From the NCBI GenBank assembly GCA_016906335.1, contig JADEYG010000007.1, positions 1,612,001-1,676,000 of the forward strand: a DNA stretch of 64,000 nt, given 5' to 3'. Below are positions 26,055 to 37,155 of the stretch, in pieces (within the stretch, counting starts at the first letter, position 1; each line of letters opens with the position of its first letter). Source of the stretch: Novakomyces olei (lineage: Eukaryota). The position numbers were made by a program, and so were the translations under genes. The notes beneath the pieces were generated by a model that was given only the letters and a program-made list of their open reading frames with translations, was not told where the DNA came from and did not search any database.

Positions 26055-28288
26055 GGTTATGGCTCATTGATTTAGGGTTATGGTTGCATACTATAAATAA
26101 TAATTAATGATAAATAAATTGATTTGAATAACAAATATACTAAAAAAGTAGTTTAATTTATTGGAAGGTGTGAAGACCCATTACTTGTGAAAGTGGGCAA
26201 AGAAGTGAAATTTGCTTTAACGAAATGGCCGTCTCATACTGTGGTGCCGTTAACCCAAAATTTCCTACAACAGTAGGCTTAACTTTGAATGAAGTATTGC
26301 AGCATGGTCTAATGCGGTCATTATTTTGTATTCTCACTGGTTTTTTATTTAGCAGAGCTCCATGTATAGTTTAAAGCTCTGGCAAATAATCTGTCGCCAA
26401 AACCACATTCAAGCGCGCCATAATTTACGAAATATTCATATATATCAGTCCCAGACGCAGCGCGTTCCACACAACAGAACCCTTGCCGCCCCACCAAATA
26501 AGCCTTCGGTCGAACATCGATAATCGGTCCCAATACGGTAATCACCAAGATCTGTCAACTTGGTTTTTCATGAGACATTGATTGGATCTAATTTAGTGGA
26601 GAATGTGTGCGGCACAAGATAATTACAATAATAGTGCCGGAAGATTAGCCAAGCGAAATTGTGCCGATAATCGAGCTCGCAGCATTAAAATATTAATTTC
26701 AGACAGCACAGGTGGATAAGATATTCTTGTCTCTAATTTCCGGTATCCATACACTGGATTACCGTTGCAAGTGCAATATGTATGTATGCATATTGTATTA
26801 TATTATACATTTATATATGAAAGAGCATTTAAACACCTAAATTCATGGACCTAGAATCAAGACCTAGAATCCAAGACCTAGACGCAGATCGGCATGTGCA
26901 CTATTCGTAGTATTCCATATTCGCTAGCTAGAGTCGGTGAGGTCTGTATATCGCAAAACGTGGTGAAAATTACAAGCAATCGATAGCCCACAGGGCACGC
27001 CTGCACATACCCAGATTGGCTCGAAATTACAGTGTGAAGTGAAAAACGCGCCATCTCTTGTACTCCAAACCTTATCGCCACGCGTCTCCGAACAAAGGCC
27101 GAGGCGGTTTCGGTATATCTAATACTCCACCCTACTATAATACACGCCTCCCTACCAAATTACTTGCTATACACACGCACACGCACGCTCTCTCAAGTCA
27201 TAACGGATTTATTCGTGGTTTATAATATAATTCCATTTTCTCTTCCCTTTCCCAATTCGGGTGTATCTCAAATGCCCCTGCCGAGCCGTTCGTTGATCAC
27301 TCGTCTCGATTAGGGCGAGGCTCCCGTTTTTCCTTGCCGTATTTCTATGTATGATATTCTGCCACTATCCCTTTGGAAAAGACACACGTTCTCCGCCAAA
27401 ACCACAGAGTGGTACCAGCAATGAAACCTGAGAGCTGTGAGGATTAATACCCGCCTTTTTACCTAAGCTGCTTTGTTCTTTACGAGTACAATCTCTCTGC
27501 AGGCTTTGGCTCTGGTTTGCTTTTTATGCCGCTTATCTCAAGTGCGAGTGGGAGGAGACACGGGTCTTTAATCTTTTTGGTTTCGCTCTTTTAAGCTGTG
27601 CAGTGCACGACCTTTGGGTAGGCTGACACCTAATTTGGTACGTTTACGCCGAGGCTGTGAGAGACAAGCAGCGCGTCAAACGAGGCACAGTCGTGTACCT
27701 GTGCGTGCTCTACAGTCAGAACTGACTGCTTTGAAAAAGACGCGTATTTCTTGTGAAAGCGGGTTAGGATCAAATAAAAAATTAAAAATTAAAAACAAGA
27801 GAACAAGAGAACAAATTGGTATAGGGATATTATTTGTCAGCATTGTTCATTGTCATTTTCCCCTTTGAATAGTGCTGCCGCTGCTTGCGATAGTCAACTT
27901 GGCATTGCACAATTGTCTCGACGGGCTACTTGACTGTATTGCTCCAAGGATAAATTGGCCAAGCCGGATTATCGCCTACCGCCTAATATCTGCAATTAGA
28001 TTAGACAGTCTGGGTTGCAGTGTACCTGTTTACTTTGTACTTTATCAAATCGCGCTGGAGACTCTGTGTACTGATTCTACTGCCTTTTGCTCAGTCCGCC
28101 AGCGTTAGACGGCAAACCTATTCGCTGGAGCGGTTGAGATTCTGTCTGACAAGCAAAGAAATCGGGACAGAAGTCGGGACAGAAATCGGGACAGATACTA
28201 TTAATCACTGGTCTTTACGCTAAATAAAAAAGACGTTTCAATAAAAAAGACGTTTCAATAAGAAAGACGTGAGGCTGTGCTCGATTGC

Positions 28289-30034
28289 ATGGCGGATAAG
28301 CGGGCAGGTCGCGGCCATCCTCAGTATGCCGCCGGCTCTCTGCTTCCGTCTCCACTATACTCTCCACACCACCATCCCTCGAGATCGGAGCCGATCAATG
28401 CGCCTATAGACTGCTCAATTGCCTCAGGGAATCGAACTGTGTCTGAGCCGATCAGGCCGGCAGCGTGTTTGCTTACTCCGCCTTACGTACCTGAGCAACC
28501 ACAGTTCCCGACAGTTTTGCCCACACGGCCTACGCTCGTCATCCCGCAAACGAGTACGGCTACAATATGCCCTACCGATCCGCATTCTGTCGGAATCGGC
28601 TCGTATTTCGACGAGGGAATAGGGAAAACCCGGTCTGGTGAAGAAGAAGGCGACGAGCAAGGCAGCCAAGTGCAAAGTGCAGTGGATCACGATTACGGGA
28701 CTGAAACTGGGCATCAAGCTAGCAATGGCAATAAGGAAATGAGTAAAAGTGAGACTGAAACTGACAATAAAAGTGACAAAAATAAAAGTGACAAAAATAA
28801 AAGTGACAAAAATAAAAGTGAAGCTGGACGATTTAACGCAGCAGATTCAGGCAAAGGCACTTTGGCCCTCAAAAATAATAAAGACACCATTGACAGTGAC
28901 GAAGAGTCTGGCAAAGATGAATGGGAAGTGACAGCGGCTACCTGTGCCCGTTTCGTTTCGCTACTGCAGTTTGAGCCTCCGGCAGACGAGGCTTTCCGGA
29001 TTGCTACGGTCAGCAGCGAGAATTTTGAAGGCCCTCAATTTGCAAACGATCTAGTGGCCGCTCTGAGGGAACATTATATGGCAAAGTCAAGGTCTCTACC
29101 CTTTGTACATTTGACAAGGCATTTACAGAGCCGAAGGCAGCTGTTCCGGCTGCTCCAAAGCGAGATTGGAGTCGACAGCGCGTCTCAATTTTCCCAGAGT
29201 GGGTCTTTGCTCTTCCATCCTCATCATTCACCTCAATTTTCGCAGCCAAAACATGGGACAGCTGACGGAGCAACGGGTACAAAGCAAGACTCGCAACAAG
29301 ACTACTTTACGCCCTTCCAATTGATCCATGCTGTCTCCTTTGCTGACTTGCTCAGTCAGCATATTGTGATACCCGACTCTTTGCATCTTGTAACAGCTAC
29401 AAGCGCTTACGCGTTTACTCGAGACCCACCAGAACTGCAATTACAGCGGCATTTACAGTGTCTTTGTTTGCGTGCACAAGAACTCGTGCCTGGTGGCCTT
29501 GTGATAATGGTAGTTCCCACACGTCCAGCAAAAGAGAGCAATACCGAAAACGATAATAGTCAACTAAACAAACTAAAAGGCCCTTTGTTTTATCAGCCTT
29601 TAGGGCAAGCAATGCACACGGCTCTTCTCAGTATGCTGGCCCGTGGCCGAATCTCTACACCGACAGCTTTAGCTATTGATCGAGCTCCTGAGCCTGAAGT
29701 AGAGCACAGTGCCATTCTAGAGGCAATCATGGAAATGGCTCCTCGTGCTGGAATTGAGTTGCTGCGATCTGCTACAGACTGGATCGAGCATCCACTGAGT
29801 TTGTCTTTTCGTAACGGCCACCTTTCCCATTCTGTATATGCCCGGCATCTGAGTCGCTGGTGGAGAGAAAGGGACACACTTTGCCTGCAGTCCAACGGCC
29901 AAAGCACTTTGGGAACTTTTAAATCGGAAGCGGAACCGTTGTTGCATGAATTATGGAATACTATCGAGACGTGTGGTAGATTTGAGGAGCCTGTGCGCTC
30001 GCACGTGAGCCTGTTTTGTCTCCGGAGAACCTGA
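28289..30034 (+). CDS. Hypothetical protein with Pro/Ser-rich N-terminus and a degenerate SABATH/Methyltransf_7-like C-terminal domain
   Basis: Long intact ORF; IVIPDSLHLVTATSA and LQCLCLRAQELVPGGLVIMVV resemble SABATH carboxyl-methyltransferase motifs; NKSDK x4 repeat. Confidence 0.65.
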   Translation: MADKRAGRGHPQYAAGSLLPSPLYSPHHHPSRSEPINAPIDCSIASGNRTVSEPIRPAACLLTPPYVPEQPQFPTVLPTRPTLVIPQTSTATICPTDPHSVGIGSYFDEGIGKTRSGEEEGDEQGSQVQSAVDHDYGTETGHQASNGNKEMSKSETETDNKSDKNKSDKNKSDKNKSEAGRFNAADSGKGTLALKNNKDTIDSDEESGKDEWEVTAATCARFVSLLQFEPPADEAFRIATVSSENFEGPQFANDLVAALREHYMAKSRSLPFVHLTRHLQSRRQLFRLLQSEIGVDSASQFSQSGSLLFHPHHSPQFSQPKHGTADGATGTKQDSQQDYFTPFQLIHAVSFADLLSQHIVIPDSLHLVTATSAYAFTRDPPELQLQRHLQCLCLRAQELVPGGLVIMVVPTRPAKESNTENDNSQLNKLKGPLFYQPLGQAMHTALLSMLARGRISTPTALAIDRAPEPEVEHSAILEAIMEMAPRAGIELLRSATDWIEHPLSLSFRNGHLSHSVYARHLSRWWRERDTLCLQSNGQSTLGTFKSEAEPLLHELWNTIETCGRFEEPVRSHVSLFCLRRT

Positions 30035-30493
30035 TTATTCTATTTTATTTGTTTTATTTATTTTCTTTTTGCTTTTAATTTTTTTTACATCTATACACGA
30101 GCCATTATTTATCGTTGTTTCTTTTGCTATAACCATTTCTCTGCTTTTAGCATTACCGCTGGACGGTCGGTTTTTATGTATATATTACAACATTTTATGT
30201 ATATTAGCTAATTCATCAATACAATTCGTACAAATCGCGTAGGATCCAGTCGAATCTTGCGATTTTTATTTAGACAGTTTATTAGTTAAGGTAAAAAGTA
30301 AATCAAATAATTGTGTAATAATTGTGTAATAATTGTCACCAAAGCCCAAGGGTTAGGGTCAAGGGCTACAACAACTTCTATCATATACGTATTTATTCAA
30401 ATAAAATCATGCTATAATTATGATATCATGACGTCCAAATCAAAATAATATACAAGCTGATTCACAGACGCGATTAACCAAATCCCGGTGAGA

Positions 30494-31603
30494 ATGTCTG
30501 CAAAAACGGCGTTTTCACCCACGGCGCGACACCTGCTGCAGCGTGCGCGGACAATTGTCCCACCGCTGGCAGAAAATTTGCATAAAGGTCGCAAACCCCA
30601 AAAGTTTTCGAGCTACTAACGTCATAGGCCAGGCCGGTCGGGTTGCAGTCATTGGAGGCAGCAAGGACTATACAGGTGCACCCTACTTTTCCTGCATGTC
30701 TTGTATGGTGAGTGGCCATTGTGTTTAAAGCAGTCATAAAAAAAATAAGAGGGATAAAATAAAGCTTAACCCAGAAAACATTTGTTCCAATGGCAGTGCT
30801 AATACAGAAAGCTGTTTGGAGCGGATATGGGCCATGTAGTGTGTGAGGAGCATGCTGCCAATGTGATTAAAACCTACTCGCCCGATCTTATCGTGCACCC
30901 ATTGCTACGCGAATCCGAGTTTGCTACTGGGCGGGACGCGTCCCCGGACCACGTGTTTTCTACAGTAGAGCCCCTGCTGTCAAGGCTGCACGCTGTCGTT
31001 CTCGGCCCTGGTCTGGGCCGAGACTCGCTCATGTTGGACACCGCTGCGCTTATCATACAGGCCGTAAGGAAACGTGGGCTGCCCCTCGTAGTAGACGCGG
31101 ATGGATTATGGCTCGTTACACAGAGGCCCGATTTGGTACGTGGGTATGCAAATGCGGTTCTCACGCCCAACGTGGTGGAATTTGGCCGGCTCGCGGAAAA
31201 GCTGGAATTAAACGGGAGCGGTACACAGTTGGTACGAGATATGGCCCACGCTCTGGGTGGGGTGCATATCGTGCAGAAAGGGAGACATGACGTAATCTCG
31301 GATGGCGAAAGGGTACTGGAATGTGATGTACCGGGCAGCCTGAAACGGTGCGGGGGTCAGGGAGATGTTTTATCGGGCACTATGGGCACAATGATGGCTT
31401 GGAAGGAGGTTTACAAGACGAATCACGACGACATTAAAGAGCCTGAATTGACGAGCCTTGCGTGCTATGCTGCTGCCGCGGCTACACGCACCGCTTCACA
31501 CATTGCTTTCAAAGCTCATCGCCGAGCTACTTCGGCAGTTGATCTGGTTGCTAATGTGGGCGAAGCGTACGAGACACTTTTTGGTGACGATGCAAAGCTG
31601 TAG
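30494..31603 (+). CDS. NNR2: ATP-dependent (S)-NAD(P)H-hydrate dehydratase (NAXD/CARKD), 3 exons
   Basis: [56 protein letters not shown] and KRCGGQGDVLSG. Confidence 0.95.
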
Positions 31604-32366
31604 AACGAGATTAGAGCGCGGTAGTATTTAGTGCAAATATTCAATTTTAAAGTGGACCGGGATTGAAAAGAGGAGCAAAGATTGGTTTCGATTCTCCAGT
31701 TTAGCTTAATTGAACTAAACAAAGAAAACTAGTTAATTTGATCATATTTCTATCCATATTATTACTTTAATAGTACTAGAGGCTGTCTTCCATTACAATC
31801 ACAGAAACATGAGAGTTACAAGAACAAGAGCGTTACAAGACTAAGAGCAAACTTCACGACTAGTATCTTCATACCAAATTTCTCTATTAAATTGTCTATC
31901 TCTATTATCCCTCAAGCAAAGACGCGTGTCATACACGCGTCTATTCACATACATATACATGTGCATGTATATGTCAAATCATGAAAATATAAAAACCTAA
32001 TAGTTAAAAACGACAAAAGCACGAGAAAAAAACCAAACTATTGCTTGAAGCAACAGTCCCACCGCTCAGGAAAAGCGACAATTGTTCAATATGAACAGCC
32101 TGCTCAAAAAACTATGAACTACATCAATGAGTAAAATCAAAGAAACTTGTCAAAAAAGAAAATGAGATAAATTACCATAAAAGTTGGATGAATAAAGGCC
32201 AGTAAAATACAACAATTGCAATAAATATTAAACAGGTAAACATGAATTGTTTTATTTTTGAAAATTAAAAAAAAAAAGGGTCGGTTTCAGACAACAAGTG
32301 TAGGAACTAGTTGAATTGCGTTCTTGTTCGATTAAAACCCAAAACACGACGCCGCTTTACCATCGA

Positions 32367-34130
32367 TCAATCCGAAGGTTCAGGTGCAAGCCACCATTCG
32401 TAATGGTACAAGAGCTGAAGAGACATCTCGTCTTTAGCCCGAATTTCTTCCAGTAATTCGAGGAGATCAGCATCGCCGAGGAAATCGACTTTGCGAATGA
32501 AAAACTGATGGGCGTTTTCCCGGATAACATCAGCGTCACTAAAAGTCCAGGTTTTTGGGTGCGGAGACGTCTGTGGCCAGGAGATGAGGCGTTTCGGATC
32601 GGGCATGGCAAAAGCATTAAACTTGGAATTGATGAGGGAAGTGGCAAAGTACATTTCGTCCGGGCAGAAAGAAAACTCCATAAAAAGCAAGAGCAGTAGC
32701 GGCTTTGGGGCAGTGCGCAGGTAGTCGACAAACGAAGAGTGCAAAATCATCCACTGGCTCGTCTTGAGCCGTTCCGGGTACAAATCATCGAGGAAAGCAC
32801 GATGCCCCATGATTGACTTTGATCCAAACCGGCAATCTTGGCTCGCTTGGAAATCCTTGCCTGCTTCTTCCTCGGCAGTTTGATTGTAGCCGTTGCTGGC
32901 GTCACTGAAATCCGTAGTGAGCAGCCCTTCATCGCTCTGCTTGGCAGCTGATCCTTGCTCGTCAGAGTCAGATTCACGAGCTTGCAGGCTTCGTTTCGTC
33001 TCCTCCACCAGCGGATTCTCGCACATGTAAACGTTTTCGTTGCGGAACGTGTTTGTAAAAGCGTGAGTCCAATAGATCCAGTTGTTGCCCGCCTTACGCT
33101 CGAGCGACTTGTGAATCGTGGCGGTAGATTTGAGCGGGAAATCTTTACCAGAAAGATTGATGACGTAGTCATAGTCGACCATTGCTTGGGCGGTAAACAT
33201 GAGCCGCAGTTGGACCCAAACGAGGGAGATATTGCCCCAAAGGACGTTGAACTGCTCTTCCATTACTCGCACATTTACATCCTCAACGGCAAACCGCAAA
33301 TCTTCCCGGAACTTGAGGCCGGCTTTACGGTCTACGTGGATATAGATAAAGGCCTCCTCAGACTTGAGAGCGCTGATAAGAAACTTGGCCGACTCGAGGT
33401 TGTCGTGTATCAGCAGGATGTACGCGACCTTGTACCGCGGCTTCTTGTGGCCGTGTGCGGCATGAACAGAGGCCACTTCTTCCTCCGGCACTTGCAAAAA
33501 AGGCGAAGCCGCATTACTGTCCAGAGTCCGGATCAGCCGAGAGCCGTGGACGGGAGAGATCATACGGGCAAAGTCTTGCTGATCTCCGAGCGCCACGTGG
33601 AAACACGCCATTCGCTCAATCATGTTTAGCCGCGTATACTGCGACCACTGCGTTGTCTGCTGCAGCGTGGGATGCTCCTCCAGCATATTGCGGATTAGCC
33701 GCTCAGACTCTGCGTCTATATGCCGAACGAGCTCAGCCGCACGTGACGGATTACGTGCGAGTGGCGCCAGCGTATCGTGGCCCACATCGATCGGCAGATC
33801 GGCAAAGACGGTAGAGTTTTCCAGGATCGAGCACGTCTTGAAGCCGTGGAGCGATATGAACGGACGCGTCCGGTTCGGGTACGAATCTGTATCTTTCAAG
33901 CCGGCGAGAAGCGCCGGCGTGACTGTCTCTGGCTGAGAGAAAAGCGTCTGCCGTCGGCTCTGGAACTCGCGATCTTGCTCTTCCGTCCACGCATGGATTC
34001 GGCGACGAGCAGCCGAAATGGCTGCGTGGCCGGCCGAGGATTGTGTGGCTGTTGCGTACAGCACAATCAGCAGCGTAAGCAGTGTTCCTCCCAACAGCAG
34101 TCTCAGCCGGCTTCGACCTGGAGCAAGCAT
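32367..34130 (-). CDS. GT14 Core-2/I-branching / xylosyltransferase-like type II membrane glycosyltransferase
   Basis: N-terminal TM anchor; KVAYILLIH, IYIHVDRKA, VLWGNISLV, YVINLSGKDFPLKS, SQWMIL, CPDEMYFAT and FFIRK. Confidence 0.88.
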   Translation of the reverse strand: MLAPGRSRLRLLLGGTLLTLLIVLYATATQSSAGHAAISAARRRIHAWTEEQDREFQSRRQTLFSQPETVTPALLAGLKDTDSYPNRTRPFISLHGFKTCSILENSTVFADLPIDVGHDTLAPLARNPSRAAELVRHIDAESERLIRNMLEEHPTLQQTTQWSQYTRLNMIERMACFHVALGDQQDFARMISPVHGSRLIRTLDSNAASPFLQVPEEEVASVHAAHGHKKPRYKVAYILLIHDNLESAKFLISALKSEEAFIYIHVDRKAGLKFREDLRFAVEDVNVRVMEEQFNVLWGNISLVWVQLRLMFTAQAMVDYDYVINLSGKDFPLKSTATIHKSLERKAGNNWIYWTHAFTNTFRNENVYMCENPLVEETKRSLQARESDSDEQGSAAKQSDEGLLTTDFSDASNGYNQTAEEEAGKDFQASQDCRFGSKSIMGHRAFLDDLYPERLKTSQWMILHSSFVDYLRTAPKPLLLLLFMEFSFCPDEMYFATSLINSKFNAFAMPDPKRLISWPQTSPHPKTWTFSDADVIRENAHQFFIRKVDFLGDADLLELLEEIRAKDEMSLQLLYHYEWWLAPEPSD

Positions 34131-36069
34131 GGCTGGATTATGGAGCAGCGTTGAGACAGGGCAGAGAGATGTACACAGTAGCAAATGTCAAATGTACAAA
34201 GTAGCAAATGTACACAGTAGCAATGTACAAAGTAACAACCAAGTCACAGACAGTCGTAGCGTCAAAGAGGACAGTCAAAGGAACCAGTCAAAGGAACCAG
34301 TCAAAGAACCAGTCAAAGGGTCAGGAAAAAGTGGACAGGGCGCCTTCACGTACAGCAACGTGGTAGGAGGAAAAGTGGTGAAAACCAGAAACCAGCAGTA
34401 GATTGACTCTTTAGAAAACCCTTTGTAGTGGGCTTGACGCAGGAGAGCAATTTTCTGGTGGAAAACTGGAAAACTGAGCGTGGCAAACGAATGTTTGGGA
34501 AGCTGGAAAAGGAACGGCAGAGCCAAAATAAAAAAATAAAAAGCAGAGAACGAATGTCAGGTCAAAAAGATCAGCCTCGGCCACGCGACGAGCGACGACG
34601 CGCCTTCTAATAAAACGCAAAAGTCGTGTCCAGTCGCGTCCGTCGCGAACCGGTTTAGCAGGACGTCGCCGTAGAACGGTTGTGGTGTTGGGTTTTGGCT
34701 GTGTACGGCTGTCCCCTTTTTCTCTCTTTTTTTCTCTTGGATTACTATTAAATTCCGTATCCGTCTATGACTTGAATTAGTCTCGAATTAAACACCAAAC
34801 ATTCCAACTGTGCGGGTTTAATTGATGCGCAAAGCACACACGTTATTATGCCTATCGCTTGTTTTATTTATACTATTGTTATTTATACTATTGTTATTTA
34901 TACTCTTACCATTCGCTAAATATCGACGATTTTGGGCAATTATTCCGTGCGACGTACAGCACTTACACTGGACGCCTCGGGCTGCGGTGGATAAGAGAGG
35001 CACAATGCTGTGAAGTCTATATTGATTTATGGGTTAGTAGGCGTAAATCCTATTTTAGGCGCAATTTTGGGCGCAAACGCAGGAAAAAAGTGTCTAGTTG
35101 CTATGTCTCTCCGCTTTTAAGGAGCGCTATGGTCGTCGAACCCGTGCGTCGAACCCGTGCGTCGAACCCGTTCCTTCTCCCTCGACGCATTCCCTATTGT
35201 ATTACATATGTATAGAGTACGGTTCGATCAAGTCTCGTACTAAACCCGAAAAGGGTTCACTAATACTTGCACATTAAACCAATATCACGTGAAACTATAA
35301 TTATATAATATACAGGCTTTATGCGCGTGTGACTTGTTTTGCGTTCTAATCATGTATAACGCACCAGCGTTCTTCACATACTATCAAGGATCCACCAACG
35401 CAGGGGTAACTCATACACTCGCGTCGAGGTTGATTCACCGCCGACGTGGGCGTCCATTGGAGAGTGGGAAAAGGACACGCCACAGGTCAGGTGTATATTT
35501 TAAACTTCAAGCATGCCACTTGTCCGTCTGATAGTATAAATACCCTTAAGTTTCTCATAGTTCCCATCGTTGGCCCTGAACGCTTAACCTGCCCGTATTT
35601 CATTTATTTGGCATTAGTGAAATCCAGCATTTTAAACGCGTCTGCCTTGTAATTTACAAAAGACAGAAAGATAGCTCGCTAAACTGTAGCACGTCTAACT
35701 GATAAAGATAGGGTGCCCACTCCGTTTTAATTTGTGGTGATAGTACACGTAACCGCGTGTCGCCGTGAATTTATTTTGCGTAAACATTCCAGAACGCGAT
35801 CTGAGTGGCGTTCACCGATTGCGGAAGTCGTATGTGCCGTGCAGAGAGTAGTTTATACACATAAATATAATACAATATATAATACGATATATAATACGAC
35901 AGATATTTGGATTCCACAGTATTGACAGTGCTGGGGTTTGCCCTGGCGTCAATTTCAAGTAATTTAAAAGCAATTTTGACTATAAAGGTTCTCAAGTAAC
36001 CCAAGCTGCCAATTACTTTAATCTTTAGTATAGGCAAGTAATCTTTTTCCATTCAAAATCTGCCAAGTT

Positions 36070-36090
36070 AGGGCAGGGTTAGCAGTCACG
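36070..36090 (+). promoter_or_regulatory. HomolE (AGGGCAGGGT) plus HomolD (CAGTCACG) ribosomal-protein gene promoter
   Basis: HomolE at 36070-36079 and HomolD at 36083-36090, about 70 nt upstream of the RPL27 ATG. Confidence 0.8.
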
Positions 36091-36158
36091 CACGCCCGTA
36101 CACAAGGGACACAGACACACACACAATCGACAAGCACCGACTTGAACACTAAATCACA

Positions 36159-36569
36159 ATGGTGAAGTTCATCAAACCCGGCAAGGTGTTCCTAGTGACG
36201 CGCGGCCGTCATGCAGGTCAGAAGGTAGTCTTACTTCAGATCAATGACCAGGGCACAAAGGCGCATCCTTTTGCACACGCCATCGTTGCAGGCGTTGAGC
36301 GCGCACCGCTCAAGGTAACTCGCCGCATGGGAGCCAAGCTTGTCGAGCGTCGCTCCAAGCTTAAGCCTTTCATCAAGACTGTGAACTTGAACCATCTTAT
36401 GCCCACCCGCTACTCGCTCGAACTCGATTCGCTCAAGAACGTGGTTACGGCCGACACTTTCAAGGAGCCATCTCTCCGTGACGACGCCAAGAAGGAAATC
36501 AAAAAGGTGTTTGAGGAACGGTACCTATCGGGGAAGAACCCTTGGTTTTTCCAAAAGCTGCGCTTTTAA
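36159..36569 (+). CDS. RPL27: 60S ribosomal protein eL27
   Basis: [10 protein letters not shown]...GRHAGQKVV...[17 protein letters not shown]...[12 protein letters not shown]. Confidence 0.98.
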   Translation: MVKFIKPGKVFLVTRGRHAGQKVVLLQINDQGTKAHPFAHAIVAGVERAPLKVTRRMGAKLVERRSKLKPFIKTVNLNHLMPTRYSLELDSLKNVVTADTFKEPSLRDDAKKEIKKVFEERYLSGKNPWFFQKLRF

Positions 36570-37155
36570 ATTTCGCACCTCAGATCAAAATCATGTTTAA
36601 ACAAACCTACTGGCATAGCTTTCGAGACGAGTAACCTGACTTTTCTCGTAATAGATTACCCCCTCCCATGAGAACTACGCCCTGCAGGACTGTTTTTCTT
36701 CGGCAATTGAAAATTGCCTCTGTATGTTGTCAATGTATGCACAGATGGAGAAGGAATGAGCTTCTATGGTGTTTATAAATTTGTAATTGTTGCATTGGTA
36801 CTCGATCCACGTAGAGTATGCCTCGTAAGAATCGACGCTGATGTTTACCACAGTGGGATAACGCTGTGCAGTGCAATCATTTAGAAAACGCGCTGCCTCC
36901 CGACGCAGTCGCCACTTGTATTTTCTCTCTAGGGCTCGACAATCTCACCAGACCGACCACATACACTTCCACTCGGTCTCATTTGTACAAAGCTTACCAG
37001 ACTAAACCTAACCCTAAGACCAACTATTTTGCAGTTTGATTTACGTATTTCCCAGGCTGATCATCTAATCTGATAAATGATTAAATTCGTAGTAAACAAT
37101 CCTCGGACGCGAAACTAGTCGCAATTCGTTCGACAAGTGATGCTCTCGAATTAGT

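Noticed and set aside
26345-26548. 67-codon minus-strand ORF downstream of SPT3
   Set aside because: No ATG start and no convincing upstream exon or domain.
27451-27465. U5 snRNA loop-I-like GCCTTTTTAC
   Set aside because: It has five Ts rather than four, and no flanking stem.
32955-33629. 224-aa plus-strand ORF and other ORFs overlapping the GT14, FLC and permease genes
   Set aside because: Antisense shadows of GC-rich coding sequence, with no motifs.
37007-37017. CCTAACCCTAA as a telomerase RNA template
   Set aside because: Only about 140 nt separate it from the next ATG, with no convincing pseudoknot or CR4/5. A promoter telobox explains it better.
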